From: an uncultured delta proteobacterium
GTDB taxonomy: Bacteria > Desulfobacterota > BSN033 > UBA1163
NCBI GenBank assembly: GCA_963827685.1
Contig: CAWHBU010000006.1
Location: forward strand, 128,001-192,000
DNA: 64,000 bases
Direction: 5' to 3'
A program made the translations under genes and the position numbers. The notes under the pieces were generated by a model, which worked only from the letters and a program-made list of their open reading frames with translations, was not told where the DNA came from and searched no databases. Below, one piece after another: positions 1 to 10,354 of this stretch. Numbering within the stretch: the stretch's first letter is position 1; every line of letters begins with the position of its first letter.

Positions 1-1843
1 TTCGGGGCCGGTCACGGCCATTGCCCTGATCCTCGCGGCGGTCTTCATCCCTACGGTCTTTATACCAGGTATCACAGGCAGGCTCTATCAGCAGTTTGCA
101 GTGACCATCGCCATCTCGGTTCTCATCTCAGCCTTCAACGCCCTGACCCTCAGTCCGGCCCTCTGCGCCCTCCTCCTCAAGCCAAGGAAAGAGACGCGGG
201 GTCCTCTGGGCGCTTTTTTCAAGTCTTTTAACCGGATCTTCGGCCGGGCCTCCAAGGGCTATGTGAGCGTGTGTGGAAGTTTGATCCGGAAGAGTGGCCT
301 CAGTCTTCTCTTTCTTGTCGGGATAGCGATCCTTGCCGGTCTTCTTGGCAAGGGGATTCCCATGGGATTCTTGCCGGAAGAAGACCAAGGATACTTGTTC
401 ATCAACGTGGCCCTGCCCGATGCAGCATCGCTTCAGCGCACGGACGAGACGTGCAAAAAAGTTGAGGAGATTCTCAAGAACACCCCGGGCATCGAACACT
501 ATCAGACGGTCACGGGTCTTAGCTTGATGAGTATTGCTCAGAATACCTATAGCGGCTTTTTCTTTGTAACATTGAAAGAGTGGAAGGAGCGAAAAAAGCC
601 GGAGGAGCAATACGACGCCATCATGGCGCACCTGAACAATGAACTCAGCAAACTGCCTCAGGCCGTGGCTTTTGCCTTTCCTCCTCCGGCCATCCAAGGC
701 ATCGGACTGGCTGGGGGAGCAACGCTGGTTCTCGAGGATCGGGCAGGTAAACCAATCACTTTCCTGGCAGGGAACGTTAACAAGTTCGTCGAGGCCGCTC
801 GCAAGAGACCTGAACTCGCCAGAGTGACGACAACCCTTCTGCCAGGTGTGCCTCAGCTCTTCGTGAAGGTGGACCGAGACAAGGTGCTCAAACAGGGCGT
901 TGACCTGGCTCAGGTCTACCAGACCCTTCAAACCTTCATGGGCGGCTACTTTATCAACTACTTTAACCGATTTGGTCGTCAGTGGCAGGTCTATGTCCAG
1001 GCAGAAGGAAAATACCGCACCAGGGCGGAAAATGTAGGGCAGTTCTACGTGCTCAACGACAGGGGCGATCCCGTGCCGCTTTCGGCCGTGACAGCAATAG
1101 AGTCCCGCCCCGGTCCTGAATTCACGATGCACTACAACCTGTACCGTTCGGCCCAGATCAATGTCATGGGCAGGCCCGGCTTCAGTTCAGGCCAGGTGAT
1201 GAAGGCGCTCGAAGAAGTCTTCCGTCAGACGATGCCGGCCGAGATGGGGCTCGACTACATCGGCATGAGCTTCCAGGAAAAGAAGGCGCAGGAAGGTATC
1301 CCGGCATCAGCCATCTTCGGATTTTCGCTGCTGTGTGTCTTTCTGATCCTTGCGGCGCAGTATGAGAGCTGGTCCCTGCCGTTCAGTGTTCTCCTTGGAA
1401 CCCCTGTTGCTGTCTTTGGTGCCTTCGCCGCAATATGGCTTCGTGGCCAGGTGAACAATGTTTATGCTCAGATCGGTCTCATCGTCCTCATCGGTCTTGG
1501 TGCGAAGAATGCCATCCTTATTGTCGAGTTCGCAAAGAAGAGACATGAACAGGGAAAATCCCTTACCGATGCCGCCCTTGAGGGAGCCCAGCTGCGTCTC
1601 AGGCCGATTCTAATGACCTCCTTCGCCTTCCTCCTCGGCGTGCTCCCACTTGCCTTTTCCAGGGGTGCGGGTGCAGTGGCACGCCAGATCATGGGCACCG
1701 CGGTCATGGGTGGCACGACGGCTGCATCGGTAATCGCTATATTCCTCATCCCCGTGACATTTTACGTCGTCGCAAAACTCTCCGGTCGCCGCAGGAAAGA
1801 GGGACCATTGAAAAAGAGAGGGAGGAGACCATGCGTAATATAA
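1..1843 (+). CDS. RND efflux permease, AcrB/HAE1 family (C-terminal part; starts before window)
   Basis: Motifs [41 protein letters not shown]; reading frame open from window start. Confidence 0.95.
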   Translation, partial: SGPVTAIALILAAVFIPTVFIPGITGRLYQQFAVTIAISVLISAFNALTLSPALCALLLKPRKETRGPLGAFFKSFNRIFGRASKGYVSVCGSLIRKSGLSLLFLVGIAILAGLLGKGIPMGFLPEEDQGYLFINVALPDAASLQRTDETCKKVEEILKNTPGIEHYQTVTGLSLMSIAQNTYSGFFFVTLKEWKERKKPEEQYDAIMAHLNNELSKLPQAVAFAFPPPAIQGIGLAGGATLVLEDRAGKPITFLAGNVNKFVEAARKRPELARVTTTLLPGVPQLFVKVDRDKVLKQGVDLAQVYQTLQTFMGGYFINYFNRFGRQWQVYVQAEGKYRTRAENVGQFYVLNDRGDPVPLSAVTAIESRPGPEFTMHYNLYRSAQINVMGRPGFSSGQVMKALEEVFRQTMPAEMGLDYIGMSFQEKKAQEGIPASAIFGFSLLCVFLILAAQYESWSLPFSVLLGTPVAVFGAFAAIWLRGQVNNVYAQIGLIVLIGLGAKNAILIVEFAKKRHEQGKSLTDAALEGAQLRLRPILMTSFAFLLGVLPLAFSRGAGAVARQIMGTAVMGGTTAASVIAIFLIPVTFYVVAKLSGRRRKEGPLKKRGRRPCVI

Positions 1844-3290
1844 TCACCTCCTCTCTGCTTGTCCTTACGCTTTTTGGATGCATGGTGGGCCCAAACTATC
1901 GACGCCGTGCAGGTTGAGACTCCACCGTCATGGCGCTTCGAGGAGAAAGAGGCCCGAGAGGTTGCCAATACGGCTTGGTGGAAACAGTTCGACGATCCAG
2001 TTCTGGACGAACTCATTCAGATAGCGTTGAAAGAGAACAAGGATGTCAAGATTGCTACAGCTAGGATTGAGGAATTTGCGGGTCGGTATCGCACAACCCG
2101 TGCATCACTTCTTCCACAGGTGGGTGCAGGTGCAGTTGCAGGCAGAAGCCGTGTTACGGAGAGGGGCCCAACTCCTCTCGATGGTACTATAGAATCCTGC
2201 GAATAGCTTTCAGATCTTCCTGAATGCCAACTGGGAAATAGACCTGTGGGGTAAGCTCAGGCGGGCAACAGAGGCGGCCCGTGCGGAGCTTCTGGGTACT
2301 GATGAGGGACGGAGAGCCGTCATCCTCACACTTGTTACCTCTGTGGCGAGCGCCTATGTCAATCTTCGCGACCTTGACATGCAACTCGAAATCGCAAGGC
2401 GAACGGCCAAAAGCCGTGAGGAATCTTACAATCTTTTTCAAATTCGGTTCCGAGGAGGCACGATTTCAGAGCTCGAACTGAACCAGGTCAAATCTGAGTA
2501 TGAGCAGGCCCTCTCTACGATCCCTCTTATTGAAAAAACCATCGCCCAGCAGGAAAATCTCCTGAGCGTGCTCCTCGGGCGAAATCCCGGTCCCATTCCA
2601 CAGGGAAAAATGATCGATGAGCTTGTCCTTCCAGCCATTCCTGCAGCCCTCCCATCCGACCTCCTCACAAACCGCCCTGACATCCGCCAGGCAGAACAAG
2701 ACCTCATTGCTGCGAATGCGAGGATAGGTGTGGCAAGATCTCAGTATTTTCCGTCGATTTCTCTGACTAGCTCGTTTGGCTATGCGAGCACGGACCTATC
2801 AAAGCTGTTTAGCGGGCCCGCAAAGGTGTGGAGCCTTGCTGCCCCTCTGACCGCCCCCATATTCACTGCCGGCGCTATTTCAGGACAGGTAAAATCAGCT
2901 AAGGCGGTTCAACAACAGGCTCTCCTACGGTATCAGCAAGTTATCCAGACGGCATTTCGCGAGGTCGAAGATGCCCTTATCGACCAGAAGAGATCAAGGG
3001 AACAGCTTGAGATTGAGGCCCAGCAGGTTATCACGTTGCGCAACTACGCACGCATTGCTCGATTACGATTTGACAGCGGATATACGAGTTATATTGAGGT
3101 ACTCGACGCAGAACGCAGCCTCTTCAACGCTGAGCTCTCCCACGCTCAAACGAAAGGGGTTCTCTTCCAGGCACTGGTGAACCTTTACAAGGCGATAGGA
3201 GGTGGCTGGGTGGTGGAAGCAGACCGTATGACAACCGGAACGGCAGATTCGAACATCTCCACCACCGGTTCTACGGCATTCCAAGAATGA
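1831..3290 (+). pseudogene. NodT/OprM-type outer-membrane efflux lipoprotein, split by two frameshifts (~1905 and ~2190)
   Basis: RBS GGAGG then ATG 1831 [23 protein letters not shown] (lipobox); continues in ORF 1859-2206 (WWKQFDDPVL), then WEIDLWGKLRR into ORF 2343-3290 (RPDIRQAE, LYKAIGGGW). Confidence 0.85.
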
Positions 3291-3469
3291 TCTCTGGATT
3301 GCCATCTGCCTCAAAATTAATATTCAGTACAAGTGCGAAATGGACCTTGATATTTTCCTTTTCCGGAACAGACATACTTAATAACCTTAGCCCACCAGTT
3401 GAGAGAGGTTTAGTCGGTACCATTTCAAATCGGGATTGCGGGGAATTAAAAAAGGGGGGTGATTCATCG

Positions 3470-3896
3470 ATGTTCAAGAAAATCTTATTTTGCACCGATT
3501 TTTCCGAGAATTCTGACCATGCCTTCTCGTATGCCTTTAATCTCACAAAAGCTTATAATGCAACGCTTTTAATTCTCCATGTCATCATTGAACCGGTTAG
3601 CTACTATTGGTCCACACCAAAAGGGGTGGATGAACTGATCACCAAGCAGACTGAGCGGGTGAAGCAGGAAATAAATACTCACTACCTGCAAAAGGTTGAA
3701 GGGTTCAAGAATTACGGGATTTTCACAAGAGAGACAGACGAGGGAAGAGTCTGCGGACCTTATTGTTATGGGAACCCATGGAAGGACAGGGATAGACCAT
3801 CTTATCTTAGGTAGCACCGCAGAGAACGTGGTCAGAAAATCGCCTTGCCCCGTATTGACGGTGCGACTCCCTGGAAAAAAATTCATAATGCCATAA
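3470..3896 (+). pseudogene. Universal stress protein (USP), frameshifted or internally deleted near 3740
   Basis: MFKKILFCTDFSENS in one frame; [13 protein letters not shown]...[18 protein letters not shown] in another. Confidence 0.85.
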
Positions 3897-4282
3897 GAAT
3901 CGGATCTCATTTAAGAATGATGAAGCCTTTGTGTTACTCTCGAAGAACCTACACCTCAGCTTTGGTTCCTGAGCTTTTCATTCGCTGATTCGAATGTGAA
4001 AATATCTTGCCAAGATGTTTCCCCTCCAAAGGGCTTCGATATGAAAAACAGACCAAAGCCCAGGATTCGCCCCGTTGATTACCATTTGGAATGTTGCATT
4101 GAGGCGAGATTTTGGAAAATAGCGAGTACAGGAAGAATTCTTCAAATGGATTCCCTTCCAACGAACCCTCAACCTATCCTACCGAATGAAGGGTAGGTAG
4201 GGGAGGACAAGGCAGGGAAACAAAAGGGTAATGGATTAGGAGAGGGGGGTACAGGAGGCCACTCCTTTTTCTTTAAGTGATT

Positions 4283-4388
4283 TTTTGTTACCCAAATCAT
4301 GGGAGGTTTGATGTCCAAAAACCCCTTTGATTATCGCTCATTCGATCACCATTTGGGTAACAAAAGGTACAGAAATATTACCCAAATC
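4283..4388. repeat. Three-copy inverted repeat site (res-like or operator)
   Basis: TTTTGTTACCCAAAT (4283-4297) is the perfect inverse of ATTTGGGTAACAAAA (4351-4365); third half-site TTACCCAAATC at 4378-4388. Confidence 0.75.
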
Positions 4389-4508
4389 GGGCCACCGGAG
4401 TATATTGGGGAGGGAAGATGATAACAGTAGAGCAGTAGAGTAGAAAGCTGGAGTCGTGGCCGAGAGCTTCATCTCCAATAGTGACAAATTGATTGGAAAA
4501 GAATTTTC

Positions 4509-4541
4509 TTGACAATCCTATCTATGTATGTATAATATACA
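4509..4541 (+). promoter_or_regulatory. Consensus sigma70 promoter with overlapping palindrome
   Basis: TTGACA 4509-4514, 16-bp spacer, TATAAT 4531-4536; TGTATA-A-TATACA palindrome 4529-4541. Confidence 0.75.
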
Positions 4542-4545
4542 GACT

Positions 4546-4710
4546 ATGAAGCGGGTAAATTACCATCTTACTGAAGCAGAGATCACGAGACTTCAGGCAT
4601 TGTCCAATAAAACGGGGCTATCGGTTGCCGAGATTATTCGCCGGGCGGTCGATGAATATTTGGACAGGAAAGAAAGAAAAAACGTGAAGAAGGAGGAGAA
4701 AAAGAAGTGA
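4546..4710 (+). CDS. Ribbon-helix-helix (CopG-like) DNA-binding protein
   Basis: MKRVNYHLTEAEITRLQALSNKTGLSVAEIIRRAVDEYL fits the beta-alpha-alpha RHH pattern. Confidence 0.85.
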   Translation: MKRVNYHLTEAEITRLQALSNKTGLSVAEIIRRAVDEYLDRKERKNVKKEEKKK

Positions 4711-4833
4711 GTGAGCCTTCATCCCAAAGCCGTGAGATCTGACCTCATGGCTGGAAGGAACGGGATGATGCCCACTCAAAAATAAATCTACCATCAAAAC
4801 TCCAATCATTCAACCAGGAAGGAGGTTGGACCC

Positions 4834-5430
4834 ATGAAGAAGAAAGAGACCGAATTTCTCATCGAAGAAGAGGCTCAGGCAATCTTACGAGTTCCAGACC
4901 GGAGAACCCTCCAGGGCAAACGTGATTACGCCATCCTGCTTACCCTCCTTACGACCGGCTTACGAAAGGCCGAAATTTGTAGCCTGAAGGTCGAGGATCT
5001 TAAAACCTACCGGAACCAGGCTGTCATTGATGTTATCGGCAAGGGGAAGAGATTCCGACGCATCCCTTTGAAGGCTGAGACGCTACTCGCCGTAAAGGAC
5101 TATCACAAGGCTACCGGGAACGGGGCAGATCCGGGACATCCCCTCTTCCAGACGTTGGGAAAGCATGGTCCCTACGACAAAAAGGGCTTGACGCCAAAGG
5201 CCGTTGACTGCCTCATCAAGTTGACGGCAAAGAGGGCTCTGATCCAAAAGAGAATCCATCCTCACGTAATGCGGCATACCTTTGCCACGACCCTCCTGGA
5301 TAATGGGAATGACCTTAGAACCGTTCAGGCTTTGATGGGGCATTCACACATTCGCACTACAGAGAGGTATCTGCACAGCACAGATGATAGGAATGTGGAG
5401 GCGATAGAGAGCCTTCAGTTTGGCGTTTGA
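4834..5430 (+). CDS. Tyrosine recombinase, catalytic domain only (198 aa)
   Basis: TGLRKAEI (R), GKG (K), HPHVMRH (HxxR), MGHSHI (H), TERYLH (Y); RBS AGGAGG. Confidence 0.92.
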   Translation: MKKKETEFLIEEEAQAILRVPDRRTLQGKRDYAILLTLLTTGLRKAEICSLKVEDLKTYRNQAVIDVIGKGKRFRRIPLKAETLLAVKDYHKATGNGADPGHPLFQTLGKHGPYDKKGLTPKAVDCLIKLTAKRALIQKRIHPHVMRHTFATTLLDNGNDLRTVQALMGHSHIRTTERYLHSTDDRNVEAIESLQFGV

Positions 5431-5664
5431 CAACGCCTCTATTGGAGGCAGCTCATCTTTCAATCCGGTGAGATTGAAATTCTTGGGTGTCCAGAGCTAA
5501 AGGTTCCGAGGCGGGGGAGTCCGTGGTCCGAGATCCTTCACAAGGAGTACCTCCTGAAATCCTCAACCTTGAACCGACCTCGTTTATACAATCTTTCAAG
5601 AGGAAAGTGAGAAGTCGATAATGATTCGCTTTATGGATAGAATGGTGAGAAGCCCGAATTGTCA

Positions 5665-5693
5665 TTGACAGAAAGTGCTTTTGCGGATAAAGT
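5665..5693 (+). promoter_or_regulatory. Sigma70 promoter pointing into the cassette insertion site
   Basis: TTGACA 5665-5670, 17-bp spacer, TAAAGT 5688-5693. Confidence 0.55.
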
Positions 5694-5725
5694 TTCAAAA
5701 ATTACTGCTTGCAGTATAATTATTG

Positions 5726-6951
5726 TTATACGAGGAGAATACTGACCGTGCCATCTAAAGAATGTGCATTATGTGATTTGCCTATTACAAACAAGAATGA
5801 TTCCAAAGAGCACTTGATCCCCAACGCAATCGGAGGCAGGAAAAGAATTGCTGGATTCATCTGTACAACCTGCAATAGTAAAAGTGGTGAGGACTGGGAT
5901 GCCGAATTAGCAAGCCAATTGAACCCATTGAGCTTGTTTTTTGGCATAAGCCGAGAAAGGGGGGTGGTACCTTCACAGGTCATAGAGACAACCGGCGGTG
6001 GCAAAGTTCAGTTGAACCCCGATGGTCGGATGGGATTAGCAAAGCCAACGTACGAACAGGCTCCACACGACTCCGGTATCAAAATAAGTATCAATGCGAG
6101 ATCGACCAAAGAAGCCAAAAAGATGCTCGCAGGGCTGAAGCGGAAGTTCCCACAGATAGATCTCGAGAAAATTCTGGCTGATGTAAAAGCGCAGTCACAC
6201 TACCCAGACGACATGATCAAGTTCGCCCTGTCCCTTGGCGGCCATAAGGCAGGCAGATCAATAGTAAAAACGTGTTTGGCATTAGCGGTTGAGTCTGGCG
6301 TAAATCCCAAGTCCTGCGAAGCGGCAAGAGGCTATTTGACCAAATCAGACGGCGAGGCCATGTTTCGGTTATTATTATGAACGGGACTTGGTTGTAAACC
6401 GTCCGGAAGGGGTTGTTTTCCACTGTGTGGCAGTCTCGGGGAATCCAGACACCAAGCAATTACTTGGATATGTGGAATACTATAGTGTTTGGAGGATGGT
6501 TGTTTGTTTATCAAACCAGTATGAGGGCGATAGTTTTTCCCGAACCTACGCTCTTGATCCCATCTCTGGCAAAGAGATTGATATAGAAGTTCAGCTTTCT
6601 CTCAGCCAGAAGGATATTGCAGCATCTTATCGTTACGAGAGAATCCCCGATGGGTCTATTGTGAACGCCTTCGATAAAGTAATTCCTATCGGCATGGAAC
6701 GGCGGTACCAAAGCGAAAAGGATCGAATCATAGAAGAAGCCGTGCAATACGCGTCCAAGAACTGTGGAGCCCAAGAAGGTCAAATAATGACAGAGGAACA
6801 AAAAAGAAAGTACGTGGAACTCCTTATTGAAAAAGTTACACCTTTTATTGCGCATCTACTGAGAAAGCCGAAAATATGAGAAGTATGCGATTTCGTATAA
6901 CAAGTGCGTGCACCTGATCGCCGAAACTGCCGGCTCCGGGCGACGCTCGTG
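5726..6951 (+). mobile_element. Integron-type gene cassette (HNH gene + attC)
   Basis: Starts at G|TTATAC (5725-5731) and ends at the attC R' G|TTATGC; TCGTATAAC (6893-6901) is the exact complement of the cassette start GTTATACGA. Confidence 0.8.
5748..6879 (+). CDS. HNH endonuclease (~375 aa) with a 1-nt frameshift near 6357
   Basis: CALC...SKEHLIPNAIGG...CTTCNSKSG Zn-HNH motif; removing one base joins ORFs 5709-6380 and 6388-6879 (GE-PCFGYYYERDLVVNRP). Confidence 0.8.
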
Positions 6952-6957
6952 TTATGC
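6895..6957 (+). other. attC recombination site (63 bp)
   Basis: R'' GTATAAC, L'' GCGT-G-CACCTG (extrahelical G), L' CGGGCG-ACGC, R' GTTATGC; lies 15 bp after the HNH stop. Confidence 0.8.
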
Positions 6958-7018
6958 TCACTTTCAATCCGTAATCTTCGATTCTTGAATATAGTCCCCA
7001 GTAATGACTTGTAGTCAA

Positions 7019-8212
7019 CTATACTTCGACCACCTCCTTCTGAAAGTAAGATTTAGTTGTTAGCATGGCAAAAAGGACCCTCAGCAATTTATGAGCCGTG
7101 GCAAGAATTGCTTTTTTAGGCGGTAATCCTTCTGCCTTCCTTTTAAGAAAATATTGCCTGAAAATATTATTGCTCCTTACCACACAAGTGGTCATAAGGA
7201 AAATCACTCGTCTTAGGTGACGATTTCCTCTCTTGGATATTCTGCTGATTCCCTCATATTGACCTGACTGGTGAATGGAGGGATCAAGCCCTGCAAAAGC
7301 AATCACATGCTTGTGGGATTTGAAATGGTTCATCTCTCCCAACTCCGCTAAAAAAGTAGAACCGTTAATCTGCTTGATCCCATCGATGGAGGTGATAATC
7401 TCGAGATCCTCCACTCTCATCGACTGGCAGGTCTTCACCAATACCCCTGTGATCTTTTTCCTCTTCTCTTCGAGATAAAGAAGGGTGGAAATCTTCTCTG
7501 AGAGGATTAGTTCCTTGGCTGCACTGTCAGTGGCCACAGAGGCCTTGGCCATTTGAATAATCTCTTCGGCACTGATCAATACTCGTTTCCTTTTCCCTTC
7601 GACATGGATCAGGGCCTTGGCAATCTCTTTGGGCTTTGCCGCTGTTAGGGTCCTGGCCGAAGGAAACTTGATCAGAACGTGGAGCATCGTCTCCGTAAAG
7701 ATCTTACACCGATGCTCCAGCTCCGGAAAAGTCATCTTGAGGAGCCTCCGGATGTCATTCTTTAACCCCGAGATCATCACCGTCAGAGATTCTCGCTCTC
7801 TGGCCAGGTCCTTGAGATCCTGACTATTCTGTGAAAACGCGACCTTGGAAAGGGAATCTTTGTGAGCCAAAAGGAACTGAGCAATGGTAAGAGCATCCTT
7901 CTTATCCGTCTTGGTCTTCCTTAAAGATAACCTGGCAAAATTGCTAATCAGCAGAGGGTTGATCACCACACAGGGAATCCCTTCCGAAGAAAGAAAGGAA
8001 AATAGATTGATGTGGTAACAACCCGTGGATTCCATCGCCACGGTAACCTCTGAAAGATTCCCACAATGGGCCTTCACCCTGTCCAGAAACCGAGAAAATC
8101 CCTCTCCATCCATTGAAAACTCAAGATAAAAGAGTTTCTTCCCTTCACGATCTAACCCTTGAGCTGAAGCATAATCCTTAGAAACGTCAATCCCAACGAA
8201 AAGTGTCGACAC
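7019..8212 (-). CDS. IS110-family DEDD transposase/recombinase
   Basis: VGIDVSK, AMESTG, KTDKKDA; C-terminal AFAGLDPSIHQSG...ISKRGNRHLR. Confidence 0.96.
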   Translation of the reverse strand: MSTLFVGIDVSKDYASAQGLDREGKKLFYLEFSMDGEGFSRFLDRVKAHCGNLSEVTVAMESTGCYHINLFSFLSSEGIPCVVINPLLISNFARLSLRKTKTDKKDALTIAQFLLAHKDSLSKVAFSQNSQDLKDLARERESLTVMISGLKNDIRRLLKMTFPELEHRCKIFTETMLHVLIKFPSARTLTAAKPKEIAKALIHVEGKRKRVLISAEEIIQMAKASVATDSAAKELILSEKISTLLYLEEKRKKITGVLVKTCQSMRVEDLEIITSIDGIKQINGSTFLAELGEMNHFKSHKHVIAFAGLDPSIHQSGQYEGISRISKRGNRHLRRVIFLMTTCVVRSNNIFRQYFLKRKAEGLPPKKAILATAHKLLRVLFAMLTTKSYFQKEVVEV

Positions 8213-8224
8213 TGTTACACCTCC

Positions 8225-8470
8225 TTTTTAAATTGTTAGAGAATAGGCAGGATGAGCCTCCCCACCAAACCTCCATCATAACAAGGGTTCTTTAGACCCA
8301 ACCAACCTATCAGGGTTTGGGGAGGCAGGGGACACACTACAAAAAGGATTCAATGACCCAGGTGAAAATCAAGTCCTCCTGCCCCTTCCTCTTGAATGGC
8401 TTTACCCATTCATTATGTCATGCCCTTATAACATACTTGATGAGTAGGAGGTGAAGTCCTCAAAAAAGGA
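8225..8470 (-). ncRNA. Probable IS110 bridge-RNA region
   Basis: Non-coding end upstream of the transposase; long stem GCCTCCCC..CCAAACC / GGTTTGGGGAGGC enclosing an inner GGGT..ACCC hairpin; position typical of IS110 bridge RNAs. Confidence 0.5.
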
Positions 8471-8731
8471 AAGTCTACATTCAATTATCAAAGAGCCACC
8501 GACAGTACCCGGAGGGACACTGCCTGGTTATGTCCCCCAGGAAAAGCAGGTTCTAAGGCCGTCATTCTTTTCGGTCAAGGTTCTTTCAACAAATGATAGA
8601 CCCTGAAGCCATTTTACTCCCATTAAACCGGTTTCCAGTTCATCCCTGCTTCGACGAAAAGGCCGGTACTTCATGAGTTGGTTGGTCTTCGTATGTAACC
8701 CGTCCATCTCGACCGGTGATCTTCTGAATGA

Positions 8732-10354
8732 TCATGGGAGATATCCCTTTCGATTCAAGAATAGATTCACCGCATAGCTTTTCGCAAGATTCGGTGGCGG
8801 GGTTTTGAGTGGAGGGAGGGGGCGCTGAAACCTGAAATCCTTGATGATGTCGTAAAGATAGCTTAGGGCGTCCAAACCATCGTCATGCCAGAAGGGGAAC
8901 TTTTCCATCTCCCATTTCAACCTCTCCCGGTAAGCATAAGGAACGGCCTTTGAGACATGCAGTTTCCCGTTGTTTAACGGCCATGCAATAGCACTCTCGA
9001 TCCTCTGAGTCTTGTTTCTCCCCGCGGGTCGGAGAATGATAAGGGTTCCATCGTCAACGGAGATATATCGGCCTTTGGCTTTCAGGGCATTGGCAACATG
9101 GATCTCTGTGGAACTCAAACCAACCTTCTCAACCCCTACTTTCAGAATGACCCCAGCCTTCAGATACATTCTCAAAATTGCCTCAATCGCTTCGGAGTCT
9201 CCGAGAGGAGAAATGATCGCGTCAACGATATAGACGTTACTTGCTCCCACTTCGTCAACCTTGGGCTCTACCGCGCATACCAGAATCGCCCATGAATCAC
9301 CCTTAGCGGTGGATCCCGCTGGGTCAATAGTCATGAAGTTGTAAGACGTCCTTGGTATTTGCTCCGGGTCAATCTCCTTTAGATATTCAGGATTTAGTTT
9401 CTGGGTCCCCACAGGTGTGGGATTACAAAGCTGCTGGCAATTAAATGTCTTGGTAAGCTTCAAATCATCAAGCCTCTTCTGTGAGATGAAGATGGATCTC
9501 CCGTTTGGTGACCCGTCTTCTGTGGCAGGCACAAGCCGAAGATGATATTTAGGGTTTCCGTTTTCATCCTTTTTATCCCGGACGTAGATCAAGGGGTCCG
9601 CATGATGGTAGAAGGTTCCGATTACTCTATGAGTCCCGCTTTCTGTTCCAAGGTTCTGGCTTGAGTCATACTTTGTCTTGATCTTCTCCATGACTTCTGG
9701 GGAATCTCCCACATCCTCTGTGATAATATCATCATAAACCCTTCGTTCAAAATGAAGTCCCGTAGGCATCCCCTCGATGAGCCCCCAGGCGCTAATTGTG
9801 GGTTCTTTCCGTGTAGTGGAGCGTTTCAGGATGATTCCCTCATCCAGGGACCAAAGGGGAGATTCCTTCTCCGGGTCCTTCCATACGATTTCAGGGAAGC
9901 ACATCTTTAAAAGCCCCCTGCTTCGAAAGATATCCCGAATAGTGAAAAGGAACTTCTTTGCAACCGGACGGGCATAGGCGAATATTCCTGTTGCTCCCCC
10001 CGGGTTCCCGAGAGTGTACTGGATCGTCTCCGCTACCGTCATGATGCTCGTCTTGAAATGCTCCCTTGCCCACACATCAAGGGTGTAGTCCTTTGGCCCA
10101 TCCTGAATTTCGTTGCACATTTTGACAATGAAGGGATGGTTGACTTTTTCCTCATCCCCCGGAGAGAATGGACGGACAATGAAGTAAAGGACAAAGAATA
10201 GGTCATTAAGAATTAGGCTTCGATAGACATTGACTGGATTCAATCCGCTGGCCATGTTTCTCACTACGGCTAAGTAATCGGTTTTATACTCGCAGTCCTC
10301 TCTGATTCTCAGCTTCAAGCCATCGATCTCAATTACCCGCTGTTCATTCTCCAT
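8732..10354 (-). CDS. terL: Phage terminase large subunit
   Basis: Walker A-like WAREHFKTS, Walker B VYDDIITE, nuclease motifs TIDPAG and HDDGLDALSY. Confidence 0.85.
   Translation of the reverse strand: MENEQRVIEIDGLKLRIREDCEYKTDYLAVVRNMASGLNPVNVYRSLILNDLFFVLYFIVRPFSPGDEEKVNHPFIVKMCNEIQDGPKDYTLDVWAREHFKTSIMTVAETIQYTLGNPGGATGIFAYARPVAKKFLFTIRDIFRSRGLLKMCFPEIVWKDPEKESPLWSLDEGIILKRSTTRKEPTISAWGLIEGMPTGLHFERRVYDDIITEDVGDSPEVMEKIKTKYDSSQNLGTESGTHRVIGTFYHHADPLIYVRDKKDENGNPKYHLRLVPATEDGSPNGRSIFISQKRLDDLKLTKTFNCQQLCNPTPVGTQKLNPEYLKEIDPEQIPRTSYNFMTIDPAGSTAKGDSWAILVCAVEPKVDEVGASNVYIVDAIISPLGDSEAIEAILRMYLKAGVILKVGVEKVGLSSTEIHVANALKAKGRYISVDDGTLIILRPAGRNKTQRIESAIAWPLNNGKLHVSKAVPYAYRERLKWEMEKFPFWHDDGLDALSYLYDIIKDFRFQRPLPPLKTPPPNLAKSYAVNLFLNRKGYLP

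Larger units (their letters stand above)
6975..8494 (-). mobile_element. IS110-family insertion sequence (ends approximate)
   Basis: Transposase plus ~280-bp upstream non-coding end; imperfect inverted match (17/22) between 6975-6996 and 8473-8494. Confidence 0.75.

Noticed and set aside
128-1132. 334-aa antisense ORF and similar shadow ORFs over the RND, typA and AOR genes
   Set aside because: Opposite-strand shadows of well-supported genes with no recognisable motifs
3949-4196. Short overlapping ORFs of 64-70 aa
   Set aside because: No motif or convincing RBS; coding status unsupported
4834-5430. Canonical integron integrase IntI or chromosomal XerC/D
   Set aside because: Only 198 aa, no N-terminal binding domain and no visible IntI-specific insertion
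6890-6917. dif/pdif site (ATTTCGTATAA resembles a XerC arm)
   Set aside because: No XerD arm after the 6-bp spacer; explained by the attC R'' end
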